Below are positions 1 to 9,608 of a stretch of DNA of 64,000 bases, one piece after another. This DNA is from an uncultured Acidobacteriaceae bacterium (GTDB taxonomy: Bacteria > Acidobacteriota > Terriglobia > Bryobacterales > Bryobacteraceae): assembly GCA_963787615.1 (NCBI GenBank), contig CAWBDJ010000001.1, forward strand, positions 543,517 to 607,516. The letters run 5' to 3'. Under the pieces are notes generated by a model. That model was given only the letters and a program-made list of their open reading frames with translations. It was not told where the DNA came from and did no database searches. Numbering within the stretch: position 1 is the first letter of the stretch; every line of letters starts with the position of its first letter. The position numbers were made by a program, and so were the translations under genes.

Positions 1-264
1 AGACCTTAATTTCAGATTAGCTCACACCCTGCGCCTTACTCCCTGCGGCTGATCGTTCGCGTCGCGAAAGCTACTCGCGCTGAGCTCTTTGCCGCAACAG
101 TTCTATTGATCGCTTCTCATCGATCGGATAGGTGAAGCGCGGCTGGTGGCTTTCGCTCTTCACCTTCTTTTTCGGATCCCCGGCCTGCTGCCCAAAACAG
201 CCGACCGCGAGAATAGCTTCGTGTGCGCCTCGTGTGTCACGCTTAAAGAAGAAAGAGTCCGACC

Positions 265-582
265 ATGCGGATCACTGTCTCCCACAACAAATCGAAACAG
301 GACCTGGTCCGCGCTGTCGATCGCTCGTTTGACGACCTCTTCGGTGGGCTCGGCATCGCTCCATTCCAAATCGTGAATGAGCAAAGAAGCTGGCAAGGCT
401 CAACGTTAAACTTTTCGTTCACCGCAAAGATGGGCATCGTAAATGCACCCATCAAAGGCACGGTTGAGGTCACAGACAAGGATCTGACTGTCGACGCCGA
501 TCTCGGCTTCTTCGAGAAACTTCTGCCGATGAAGCAAGCGCGCGCTGTCATCGAGAAGAACGTTCGAGGGCTCCTGACTTGA
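265..582 (+). CDS. small polyhydroxyalkanoic acid (PHA) system family protein (TIGR02610-like)
   Basis: 105-aa ORF MRITVSHNKSKQDLVRAVDRSFDDLF...W.GSTLNF...GTVEVTDKDLTVDADLGFF. Its size and motif pattern match my recollection of the ~90-100 aa putative PHA-granule-region proteins. A purine-rich stretch aagaaagag lies before the ATG. Confidence 0.55.
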   Translation: MRITVSHNKSKQDLVRAVDRSFDDLFGGLGIAPFQIVNEQRSWQGSTLNFSFTAKMGIVNAPIKGTVEVTDKDLTVDADLGFFEKLLPMKQARAVIEKNVRGLLT

Positions 583-629
583 CGAAGTCATACATCGGCT
601 AAAATCCTAGCCTGGGAGGTAACTCGAGC

Positions 630-1052
630 ATGGCAAGTGCTGCTTCTTCTTCTGATCCATTCATCGGCACGTGGAAATTAGATCCGAACAAATCTAAATA
701 CTCAAGTGGTGCACCGCCGCGCGACATGACCATCCAGATCGCGCCGGAAGGGGACAATCTCCGCATCGAGGCTCACGGCAGCGACGAAGATGGTTCGCCG
801 CTTTCCGTCACGTACTCACTCCCGGCAAAGGGAGGAAACGGACAGGTCCAGCACGGCTTCTTCGATTCGGTCCGCTCCGAGTACATCAGTGTTGAGGTGC
901 GCCAGACAACTTACCTGAAGGACGGAAAAGAAACGATGTCGCGCCGCACCGTCCTTTCAGACCAAGGCAAAACGATGCGCAGCACCGTGAAAGGCACTAA
1001 CGCCAAGGGACACCCCGTCGCGGGCGAAGAGGTTTACGAAAAGGTCACATGA
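630..1052 (+). CDS. hypothetical protein, lipocalin-like (GTWKL motif)
   Basis: 140-aa ORF with N-terminal DPFIGTWKLDPNKSK, typical of small lipocalin-like beta-barrel proteins. Its stop overlaps the next start as ATGA (1049-1052), suggesting translational coupling. Confidence 0.5.
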   Translation: MASAASSSDPFIGTWKLDPNKSKYSSGAPPRDMTIQIAPEGDNLRIEAHGSDEDGSPLSVTYSLPAKGGNGQVQHGFFDSVRSEYISVEVRQTTYLKDGKETMSRRTVLSDQGKTMRSTVKGTNAKGHPVAGEEVYEKVT

Positions 1053-2050
1053 ACCGCCTTTTAACGAGTACCCTCGCCCTCGCTTTCGCTGCAGCATGTG
1101 GCGCACAAACTGAGATTCCATCGCCCGCCTTGCTCGTTCTGAACAAGGAAGGCTCCCTCGCTATTGTGAACCCCGCCACTGGGCAAGTCATTGGCCGTGT
1201 ACCCACCGGTGCGGATCCCCATGAGACCGCTGCATCGAGCGATGGAAGACTCGCGTTCACCAGTAATTATGGTTCGGGTCGCCCCGGAGGTGAAGGCCAC
1301 ACCATCTCCGTCATCGACATTGCTGCTCAAAAAGAAATCCATCGTGTGGACCTGGCGCCCTTGAGCCGCCCTCACGGGTTATTCTTCGCTGACGGAAAAC
1401 TTTACTTCACTGTCGAGGCGAACAAAGCAATTGGCCGCTACGACCCGGCGGCAAACGTCGTTGATTGGGTTCTAGGTACGGGTCAGAATACGACCCACAT
1501 GGTTCTTCTCAGCAAAGATCGCAAAATGATTTTCACGTCCAATATTGGTTCGGACTCGATCAGCATTTTCCAGCGAACCGACGGACCAAATAGCTGGAAT
1601 CAGACTGTTGTGCCGGTGGGCAAAGGACCTGAGGGATTCGACCTTTCTCCGGATGAAAGTCAAGTGTGGGCTGCTAATTCGCGCGACGGCACTGTTTCGG
1701 TGATTGACGTTGCCAGTAAGAAGGTCGTCCGCACCATCGACGTTCACACCAAACGTTCAAACCGCTTGAAATTTACTCCGGATGGAACTCTCGTACTCAT
1801 CTCCGACCTCGGCGCCGGCGACTTAGTCGTTCTGGATGCTCACACCGGAGCCGAGCGCAAACGGATGAGTGTGGGACGCGATGCTGCCGGCGTCCTGATC
1901 GCGCCTGACGGTTCGCGTGCCTACGTCGCCATCACAGGCGAAAATAATGTCGCCGTCGTGAACCTGAAAACGCTGGCCATCGAGAACCGTCTTCATACCG
2001 GGACCGGGCCGGATGGTATGGCCTGGCTCGATCTCGCGAACAGGCGCTAA
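1049..2050 (+). CDS. YVTN-family beta-propeller repeat protein, secreted
   Basis: 333-aa ORF with a signal peptide (MNRLLTSTLALAFAAACGAQ). It has repeated ~40-residue units with P.G...S.DG...YV.N motifs (AASSDGRLAFTSN, SPDESQVWAANSRDGTVSVID, APDGSRAYVAITGENNVAVVN). Confidence 0.7.
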   Translation: MNRLLTSTLALAFAAACGAQTEIPSPALLVLNKEGSLAIVNPATGQVIGRVPTGADPHETAASSDGRLAFTSNYGSGRPGGEGHTISVIDIAAQKEIHRVDLAPLSRPHGLFFADGKLYFTVEANKAIGRYDPAANVVDWVLGTGQNTTHMVLLSKDRKMIFTSNIGSDSISIFQRTDGPNSWNQTVVPVGKGPEGFDLSPDESQVWAANSRDGTVSVIDVASKKVVRTIDVHTKRSNRLKFTPDGTLVLISDLGAGDLVVLDAHTGAERKRMSVGRDAAGVLIAPDGSRAYVAITGENNVAVVNLKTLAIENRLHTGTGPDGMAWLDLANRR

Positions 2051-2053
2051 AAA

Positions 2054-4517
2054 TCACTCGTAGCGCAGCGCCGTCATCGGATCAACCTTGGTCGCTCGCC
2101 ATGCGGGAATGTAACAGGCCGCGACTGCAATCGCGATCAAAAGCACTGCGACTGCACAGTAGGTCAGAGGATCCGTTGCGCTGATCCCATAAAGAAACTT
2201 TGTCAGCACGCGGCTCAGCAGGAATGCTCCACAGAGTCCCGCCACCGCTCCCGCAAGTGCCAGCCGCAGCCCCTGCCCGGTAATCATTCTCAGCACCTCT
2301 GCCTTGCCGGCTCCCAACGTCATGCGAATGCCAATCTCCTGCACGCGTTGCGTGACCGAGTACGTCATTACGCCGTACAAACCCACGATGGAAAGCAGCA
2401 GCGCAGCACCCGCGAAAATCCCCAGTAAAATCGTGCGGAATCGCGGCTCAGCCTCCGAAATCGAGATATTCTCTTGCATCGTGCGAATCTTTACTAGCGG
2501 TTGTTCGGGATCGAGTTGCCGTACTACGCTGCGCAGTGCCGAAATCTCCGCCCTCGGATCGTCTGCAGTGCGCAAGACCAGCGATAGCGCGAAAATTGGA
2601 AGCATTGTGTCGGCTTGGCGATACGGAAGATACATCTCGGCCTGCGCATCGGTCGCAAGATTCTGCTTCATGTCACCTACAACTCCGACGATCTCCATCA
2701 GCGGCACTTCGTGATTCGGTAGCGCCCCCAGCTGCACATGTCTCCCCAGCGCGGATTCATGCGGAAAAAATCGACGCGCCATGGCTCGATTCACAACCAC
2801 CACAAACGCACTGCGCTCCGTGTCCGCATCCGACAACAAACGGCCTTCGATCAGCGGCACCCGCAACGTCCCCAGATACCGCGGACTCACCGGACGATAA
2901 CCAACCACAATGTAGTCATGGCCCGTCTTCGGAGCCCGGCCTTCGATGTTGAAATGAATGAGCGCGCCGCCGCCGCTGACCGGTAGTGTCGCTGCTGCGC
3001 CCGCTGCTTGCACGCCTGGTATTACGCGCGCGCTCTCGAGCAAGACGATCAAAAAATGCCATGCGTTCGGCTGATTGTTTGTGCGCCCGCGGCGACACCG
3101 GCACATCTGCAACCAGCAGATTGTTCGCTTGAAATCCCGGCTCTACATCTTGGAGATGTGCGAAGCTGCGCAGCAGAAGCGTTGCCCCGACCAGCAGCAT
3201 CAGCGCCAGCCCAATTTCTGCAACCACCAAGGCGCTTCGCATACCACTCTGCCGTCCTCCGCCCGTCGACCCCCGCGCGGCTTCGTTCAGCATTGCGCGT
3301 AAATCGAGCGTCACCGTTTGTAAAGCCGGAGCCAGTCCAAACAAAATCCCCGAGAGCAGCACCACCGCCATCCCAAAGAACAGCACCCGGCTGTCGAGTT
3401 GGATTGTGCCCAAATTACGAATATTTTGTGAGGCCAATCGCTCGAGCAACGGCATGCATGCCCAGGCGAGTCCGAATCCAAGCAGCCCGCCCGTAAAGGC
3501 CAGCAGCACACTTTCAGTCAGTAGTTGACGCACGATGCGGAAATGCCCTGCACCCAGGGCTGTCCGTACGGCAATTTCCCTTCGACGCGAGGTCGCCCGC
3601 GCCAGCAGCAGATTCGCCACGTTCGCGCACGCAATTAGCAGTACCAGGCCTACCGCGCCCAGCAGTACCAACAGCGCCGGACGAACATTCTCGACCAGCG
3701 ATTCCTGCACACGCGATACATTCGCGCGCACATCGGTGTCGTACACCGGGTATTGCCGCTCCAGGCGTTTCGCGATCATATCCATCTCGGCACGTGCACT
3801 CTCTATCGAAACTCCGGGCTTCAGCCTTCCGATGGCGATAATTCCCGGATGCCAGGAGCGATCATCCGGCAGCGTCTTCGTCCACGGCTCGAACGGAACC
3901 ATCACATCCACCGGTTGCACCAATTGAAATCCAGCGGGAAGAATGCCGACGACTGTATACGGCTGGTTATCGAGCGTGATGCTGTTGCCCAGCACCTGCG
4001 CACCGGCAAAACGCCGCTTCCAAAATCCGTAGCTGATGAGCGCTACCGGCGCAGCACCCACGCGATCCTCTTGGGGCAGAAATGTATGACCTTCTACCGC
4101 GCTCACCCCCAGCACCGAAAAGAGCCTTGCCGATGCCATCTGTCCCTGCACGCGCTCCGGTTCCCCTGCCCCCGTGAATGTGAATGTCTGGGTATGAGCT
4201 CCGACCACCGCCTCGAACGAGCGGTTCTGCGCGCGCCAGTCGACAAAGTTCTGATACGAAGGTCCCACGACCGGAAGATCTCGTAATCGCTCCGTCAGCA
4301 GGCACAGCGACCTTGGGTCGTGAAACGGCAGCGGTCGCAGTAGAACCGCATTCACCACGCTGAAGATCGCGGCATTTGCGCCAATCCCGATCGCCAGCGT
4401 CACTAAAGCTACCGCCGTAAACCCAGGATTCTTGAGTAGCATGCGCCACCCGTACCGCAGGTCTTGAAAAAACGTTCCCGGAGCTAACGTCATCCCAGTC
4501 ACCGCCCTCTCACCCAC
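2054..4517 (-). CDS. ADOP-family duplicated ABC permease (MacB/FtsX type); reading frame broken by a 1-nt indel near 3040-3050
   Basis: ORFs 2916..4517 and 2054..3112 overlap in different frames. The N-terminus MLLKNPGFTAVALVTLAIGIGANAAIFSVVNAVLLRPLPF and two FtsX modules match this family. Skipping one base joins the pieces as ...ERMAFFDRL|LESARVIPGVQAAGAAATLPVSGGG. The combined ~821 codons fit the family length. Confidence 0.8.
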
Positions 4518-4523
4518 TAACTC

Positions 4524-4952
4524 TCATGACGAATGATCGTGCACAATTTTCCAGCCGTTCTTTGTGCGTTTGCAGATTACTGTGGTGAGTCCTTCTCGTT
4601 TTTCGCCGCTCTCGAGCGCCAGATGCCATCTGGCCGTAAACACGGCCGCGTCCCCACCGAGCATCTCAATCCGCGTCTCAGTGAAGTTGAGCTGCCCCAT
4701 CTGCTTGCCTGCGCCTTGATACCTCTGGCGATATCGCGCGAGCGTCGCCTCCCACCCCTTCGCGATCGTGTCCCCCGAGAAAAATGTCAGCTCCGGCGAG
4801 TTGTCGTATCCGCGCATGAAGCCTTTCAGATCGCCACGGTTCCACGCCGCCGTTTGATCATCTAGCATTCGCTTTAGTTCATCGCGCGCACTTTGCTGTG
4901 GAAAGGCAGCAGGTACTACCAGCAGAACCAGCGCCAACAATCGTCTATGCAT
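4524..4952 (-). CDS. SnoaL-like / DUF4440 (NTF2-fold) protein, secreted
   Basis: 142 aa with a signal peptide, then ...DQTAAWNRGDLKGFMRGY...WHL...NGWKIVHDHSS, typical of NTF2-like DUF4440 proteins. Confidence 0.6.
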   Translation of the reverse strand: MHRRLLALVLLVVPAAFPQQSARDELKRMLDDQTAAWNRGDLKGFMRGYDNSPELTFFSGDTIAKGWEATLARYRQRYQGAGKQMGQLNFTETRIEMLGGDAAVFTARWHLALESGEKREGLTTVICKRTKNGWKIVHDHSS

Positions 4953-5016
4953 GGCACGCAGTATAGCGTCGCAGTATTGTGTCGGAGGCGCGCCGCGTCG
5001 ACGCTGCTCGTAGACG

Positions 5017-5331
5017 CTATCGAGACGGCTCCCTCAGACCCTGCACGTGCTTCATCCACCAGCGCGCGCCGACAAACAGGAATCGGTAGTCGTTCATGAA
5101 TTCGGGTCGTTTGCCCTCGGCGGCATGACCGATGAACTGAAGCGCCCAGCCGCCCACAAAAAGCGCCGCGGGCACCCGCCACCACCTCCGCGAAACGAGT
5201 ACGCCCGGCAACAGCGCGATAGAAAGTGCAATCGCCGGAATGCCCACCGTATGGCACGCGCGGTTCACCGGATTCTGGTGACTGCCCTCGTACTGCGAAA
5301 TCCAATCGTCCCAGCTGCGGTTTCCCAGCAT
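5017..5331 (-). CDS. DUF962 (Mpo1-like) membrane protein
   Basis: Motifs HQNPVNRACHTVGIPAI and FIGHAAEGKRPEF plus two TM segments. Start chosen at the internal MLGNRSW (5331) to avoid overlap with the upstream gene; the ORF extends to 5361. Confidence 0.65.
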   Translation of the reverse strand: MLGNRSWDDWISQYEGSHQNPVNRACHTVGIPAIALSIALLPGVLVSRRWWRVPAALFVGGWALQFIGHAAEGKRPEFMNDYRFLFVGARWWMKHVQGLREPSR

Positions 5332-5347
5332 AAGCACCTCGCGCTGG

Positions 5348-6505
5348 TCAGATTCTAACAACCGCGTTCGCGCCGTCGCCTCTTCTCACGGTGTCCTTGC
5401 GCCCAAGGCTTGCGCGAGTTTCTGCCAGCGTTCGATAGTGATGACCATCGGCAGCGAGCATACTGTCGACTTCTTCGTCAGTGAGATAACGAAGGGAAGC
5501 CGATTCGTCGATGCGTCGCAGCACTCGTGCGAAACCGTCGAGCGTCGCCCACTCGGCGGCAGTAATCCTGTCACTGATTAAGACACCGCCTCCTTCGACG
5601 ATCACGAAGGGATGCGACTCTCCCATCTTGCGGATTTGATCCCGCATTTCAGACCCGCATCGAGAGCACCGTATGTGGGGCAAAGTTCTGCCCAGAAAGA
5701 GCCCCTGACATGGATATAGAACGCCGCGTTGCATGATCCGTCGCGAGGTAACGTCCGTCCCCAGTGCCTGCAAGGATTCTGATTGCGCCAGCCGCCAACC
5801 TGAAAGAGCTTGCAGGTTTTGCCGGAGATCCCGCCGAGGAGGTGGAGCAAAACGCGGCGTTACTGTCAGCCGCCACTCCACCTCAAACAGAAGGTCTTCC
5901 ACACTGTCGCAATCCTCGCCGCAAACCACCAGCCCATGATTCCCGAGCACAAACACGTCCGCACCCGGAGAACGCTCACGAGCGCTTTGAATTTCTCGCG
6001 CAAGAGACAGTCCCGACGTGGCATACGGAATCCATTCCCATGGCAACCCGCAGAGTCTTTCCGCGAGTTGCAGAGGCGCATCCGACCGTACCGCCCATGC
6101 AATGGTGTTCACGGAGTGGACGTGAACAACAACTCGCTGCGGCAACACTGCATGCATGAACGTCTCCACCGAAGGGCGCAAATGCGCTCGCTTCGAGCTC
6201 GCATCGTGCTGTGTGAGGGGCGCGCCTTCTCTAAAACGTTCTCGCGCCTTGGCAAGCTGAACGGGCACTAAAATTTGCTGTCGATTTGCATCGGCAAGCC
6301 ACTTACCGGATGCCTTGATCCAAAGCGTCTCGTCAATTTTCACCGAAGTATTGCCGCTACTCGCCTGTACCAGCGATGGATCCTTGCCAATCCGGCTGGA
6401 GAATTCGAGCAGAGCCTCGATCTCGCTCGCGCGGCTTTGGATTGCATCCCTGAGCCCCGCGATACCTTTCATCAGCTTCTTCCTCCTGGGGAACTTTGCC
6501 TTCAT
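5348..6505 (-). CDS. class II aldolase/adducin domain protein
   Basis: 385 aa. SSGNTSVKIDETLWIKASG... and VVVHVHS...NHGLVVCGED are hallmarks of the class II aldolase fold. It resembles the N-terminal half of bifunctional aldolase/short-chain dehydrogenases. Confidence 0.7.
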   Translation of the reverse strand: MKAKFPRRKKLMKGIAGLRDAIQSRASEIEALLEFSSRIGKDPSLVQASSGNTSVKIDETLWIKASGKWLADANRQQILVPVQLAKARERFREGAPLTQHDASSKRAHLRPSVETFMHAVLPQRVVVHVHSVNTIAWAVRSDAPLQLAERLCGLPWEWIPYATSGLSLAREIQSARERSPGADVFVLGNHGLVVCGEDCDSVEDLLFEVEWRLTVTPRFAPPPRRDLRQNLQALSGWRLAQSESLQALGTDVTSRRIMQRGVLYPCQGLFLGRTLPHIRCSRCGSEMRDQIRKMGESHPFVIVEGGGVLISDRITAAEWATLDGFARVLRRIDESASLRYLTDEEVDSMLAADGHHYRTLAETRASLGRKDTVRRGDGANAVVRI

Positions 6506-6524
6506 CTGCCGCTCCTCCTCGTCA

Positions 6525-7538
6525 TTACAAGATTCGAAATTGATTCTCGACCGGCAAGCTTGCAGGGAGCCTTTTGGATCGGGCGCGCCCTATTTTAAGC
6601 GACGTCCTGAAGATCGCATTCACTGGAATAAAGCCCGCCAGCTTATGTTCGGCGACGGCCGCTAGTCCCATCGACGCGATACAGCCACACGAGCCGCAGT
6701 CCGGATTCCCGCCGAACTGGCACGGCGACACTACTGTTTTCAGGTCTGCCGAAATTGTCTTGGTCGTAAGTGCGAAGACACAGTCACTGGGGCTCTCGGG
6801 AGGGCACGTGAATTGCCGGATCAGAGCTTCGGGCATGTCGAGCTTTGGGTATTGCTTGCGGAGTTCCATCATTTCGGAGATAGCCTGGTGTCGCTCATGT
6901 TCGGCCAGCATCTCCGGAAGGTCGTCTCCGATCTGTGGAGTGAAAATACTGAACCAGACCTTCCTGACTTCGTCCTGGGCCGTCCAGAATTCCAGGAAGT
7001 CCGCCAGATATCCCGGGCGTTTCATCATCTGGCCGGTGATCGTGCAGTGAATCGTGATTTGCTGGTGGGCGATGTTTGCCAGAATTCGGTCGTATGTAGC
7101 CGGTGTCCGTCGCGCGTCGTGCTCCGGTCGCAGCCCGTCAACGGAAACAACCATGTTTACGTGCGGCTCGCGAGTCCATTCCTCAGGAAACGGCCGGAAC
7201 GCACTGGTCACGATTTGCACATGGATCCCACGCGCGGTAAGTAATGGAACCAGCTGCTCCAGTTCTCGATATCGGACCAGCGGATCCCCGCCCACCAGTG
7301 ACAAGTGCAACGGTTTTAGAGAATCGACTACGTTCAAAACTCCGTCAACCAGAGCCTGTCCTTTCAGGTCCCTCAACTGCCTCAGAGTCAACCCACCGCC
7401 CAGATGGGCAGCATCGTAGGCGTAACATCCAGGACAGCGCAGCGGGCATTCTCTTGTAATTTCAATCGAAAGCGAAGGGGCTTCCCCGCGTAGGATTTTG
7501 CCCCAGGCTCGAACAACTTCTGACGTGCGCATACGCAC
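6525..7538 (-). CDS. radical SAM protein with C-terminal Cys-rich (SPASM/twitch-like) region
   Basis: CxxxCxxC motif ITRECPLRCPGCYAY, a GGDPL motif (LVGGDPLV), and a C-terminal SPCQFGGNPDCGSCGCIASMG cysteine cluster. Confidence 0.8.
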   Translation of the reverse strand: MRMRTSEVVRAWGKILRGEAPSLSIEITRECPLRCPGCYAYDAAHLGGGLTLRQLRDLKGQALVDGVLNVVDSLKPLHLSLVGGDPLVRYRELEQLVPLLTARGIHVQIVTSAFRPFPEEWTREPHVNMVVSVDGLRPEHDARRTPATYDRILANIAHQQITIHCTITGQMMKRPGYLADFLEFWTAQDEVRKVWFSIFTPQIGDDLPEMLAEHERHQAISEMMELRKQYPKLDMPEALIRQFTCPPESPSDCVFALTTKTISADLKTVVSPCQFGGNPDCGSCGCIASMGLAAVAEHKLAGFIPVNAIFRTSLKIGRARSKRLPASLPVENQFRIL

Positions 7539-7699
7539 CTCCTTACTTCAATTCGCAAACTGGGACGGTGACCGGAGAACGCAAGGAACGTCGAATACGC
7601 GATACAGCATCCGCGCATACGAATGCCCCCGCTGCGCCCAGTACACAGTCCCGCGATGCCATCACCGCAGGCCACAACTGTTAACGGAATGAGCGGAGT

Positions 7700-7990
7700 T
7701 TAAACGGTAGGAGGTGAGGAGTCCGAAGCTTCAATGACATAAGCGGCCAAAAGGCTGGCCGGCTTATGCTCGGCTAACAAGCTCTTCTCAAAGCAGCGCG
7801 CGTGCGATCGCGGATCGAACAGAACTCGAAACCACGCATGGTCCCGGTCGGCAGCGACCTGGTGCAACGCGGTAAAGCAAAACGCGGCAGCCTTGTCAGG
7901 GTGCGGCTGCACCACTGGAGGATCGGGTACTCTGTCGAGCGAGGCGACGAGCAGGAACAGGCATAACAAGTAGCTCAAGAGTCGCTGCAT
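7700..7990 (-). CDS. hypothetical small secreted protein
   Basis: 96-aa ORF with an N-terminal hydrophobic signal-like segment (MQRLLSYLLCLFLLVASL). No recognisable domain. Confidence 0.3.
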   Translation of the reverse strand: MQRLLSYLLCLFLLVASLDRVPDPPVVQPHPDKAAAFCFTALHQVAADRDHAWFRVLFDPRSHARCFEKSLLAEHKPASLLAAYVIEASDSSPPTV

Positions 7991-8083
7991 TTGTAACCGC
8001 CCTCGGTACCTGCGCTATAGTACCTCAGCATCATCTCTGAACCTGTCGCAGTGTTGTGCACGCAAGCAGGGCCAAATGAGCTT

Positions 8084-8617
8084 TCAAACATGCTTGGCGA
8101 ATTCGATCAGGCCGATCACAGGCAGCGCAATGCTCGCCGCGACGATCACAATCGTCAAGACTAGGAAAAGCCAATCGTGAACCCGTTGCTGCTTAGGCTG
8201 TAGCAGGTTCTTCTTCAGCAGTTGATAATTGCGGCGATTCGCTTTGAATGCAATATCGAACAGATCTCCAATAAACGGAACCGCGCCCGCGAGAGACTCT
8301 ATCCCGATATTCACCAGCATGCGCGCGATCGCCACGCGTGGGATGCCAAGTTGTATAGCGCGGTACACGATGTAAAACGAGACCAGCGCATCGATGACGT
8401 CACCGATCCCGGGAATCAGTCCGATAATTCCCGCCAGCCCAAACCGGAAATGCCCCGGCAGTTCGAACGCATAATCGAGCCAGCGCGCCAGCGCTTCCAC
8501 ATCCGCAATGCGCGGGTCGACGATCTCGGGCGTCAGCGCATCGGCCCGATATCTTGGACCGGCATAGGGCGTAATCGCGTTCGGCACCAATCCTCCTGTA
8601 AACCAGACCTTCGCCAT
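8084..8617 (-). CDS. DUF4112 domain membrane protein
   Basis: Motifs GLIPGIGDVIDALVSFYIV and VPFIGDLFDIAFKANRRN are characteristic of DUF4112. Confidence 0.7.
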   Translation of the reverse strand: MAKVWFTGGLVPNAITPYAGPRYRADALTPEIVDPRIADVEALARWLDYAFELPGHFRFGLAGIIGLIPGIGDVIDALVSFYIVYRAIQLGIPRVAIARMLVNIGIESLAGAVPFIGDLFDIAFKANRRNYQLLKKNLLQPKQQRVHDWLFLVLTIVIVAASIALPVIGLIEFAKHV

Positions 8618-8659
8618 CCCGGAAAGTTTCTCGTTTACAGCAGCAACAGACCGCCGACC

Positions 8660-9442
8660 TCAGAGTTCCAGTTTGCCTTGATACTCCATCTCCTTTAGCG
8701 CGAACTTCTTTTTTATCTCCATACGGTTTGACGCGATCCGAAACTCCGGATCTTTGTCGTGCAGCGTGATCGGTTCTGACTTGTCGAAATGAAAAATCGT
8801 TCGCGCGTCGCGGCCCTGATTCAACTCAACCTTCGTGGGATTCAGCCGCTCATGTCCGAGCGACAAAACCGTGAGGACCTTCAAATGATCGGCAAACCTG
8901 GCGTCGTCCGAATCGTCACCGGGGTTGCTGGTCGATTCCTGCGACCCGAATCCGGATTTCGGCAGCCCAATTACTGCAATCACGTATTCATTCAGCGGCT
9001 TCATTGCAGCTGGATCCGCAGCGGCGCCGTTCGTCTTTGCTTCGGCCAGCCGCACGGGCAACGCGCTTTCCCATTGCACGGTCACCGTGGGACCCTGTTC
9101 CGCAGGCGGATATCCGCCGCCCCTGCGCCCTCGGCCCATACCACCGCCCATTCCGCCGCCGCCCCAGCCGCCCCCGCCACGACCCATGCCGCCGCCGGGC
9201 ATGCCCTCGCCCCAGGTCCCGCCGTTTCCGCCGCGACCACCGCTCTGGTCGTAACCTGAACCTCTCGCCACCGTCACCTTCACTGATTTAGACCAGGGCG
9301 AATTGTTCAGTATTTGATACACGTCCTCGCTGGTCCACTGCGCCGGATCGTCCTTCTGCCACGAAGCCGCCGCGAGCGCAACGCCCGCCGTCAGGATCGA
9401 GCTAACAACTATTCCTTGCAAGAAAACAGATCGCCTGCACAT
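8660..9442 (-). CDS. secreted protein with a Gly/Met/Arg-rich low-complexity core
   Basis: 260 aa with a signal peptide, then WQKDDPAQWTSEDVYQILNNSPWSKSVKV. The low-complexity block is GGRGGNGGTWGEGMPGGGMGRGGGGWGGGGMGGGMGRGRRGGG (about 9106..9247). Confidence 0.55.
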   Translation of the reverse strand: MCRRSVFLQGIVVSSILTAGVALAAASWQKDDPAQWTSEDVYQILNNSPWSKSVKVTVARGSGYDQSGGRGGNGGTWGEGMPGGGMGRGGGGWGGGGMGGGMGRGRRGGGYPPAEQGPTVTVQWESALPVRLAEAKTNGAAADPAAMKPLNEYVIAVIGLPKSGFGSQESTSNPGDDSDDARFADHLKVLTVLSLGHERLNPTKVELNQGRDARTIFHFDKSEPITLHDKDPEFRIASNRMEIKKKFALKEMEYQGKLEL

Positions 9443-9553
9443 AACTCTTGAGTTTCGACGCCTTTTCCGGCGTTCGCGAGTACACCGGTTTTTACTGTCG
9501 AGACGACGGGCTGACGGTAACCCCGTTCGGGGTTACAGCCTTAGATATCTCTT

Positions 9554-9596
9554 CAAAAGCCTTCTCCTTCGGGCCGCAACTTCCCGTAGAGAAGGC
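9554..9596 (-). terminator. putative intrinsic terminator after the glucoamylase-family gene
   Basis: On the minus strand GCCUUCUC ... GAGAAGGC (8-bp stem, with an inner CGGG/CCCG helix in the loop) is followed by UUUUG. It lies 13 nt after the stop at 9609. Confidence 0.35.
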
Positions 9597-9608
9597 GCTC
9601 CGCGTACA

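Noticed and set aside
9517-9536. Perfect hairpin GTAACCCC-GTTC-GGGGTTAC in the leader of the Gly-rich protein gene.
   Set aside because: No U-tract on either strand and no second copy noticed, so I cannot assign a function. The neighbouring hairpin at 9554..9596 is the better terminator candidate.
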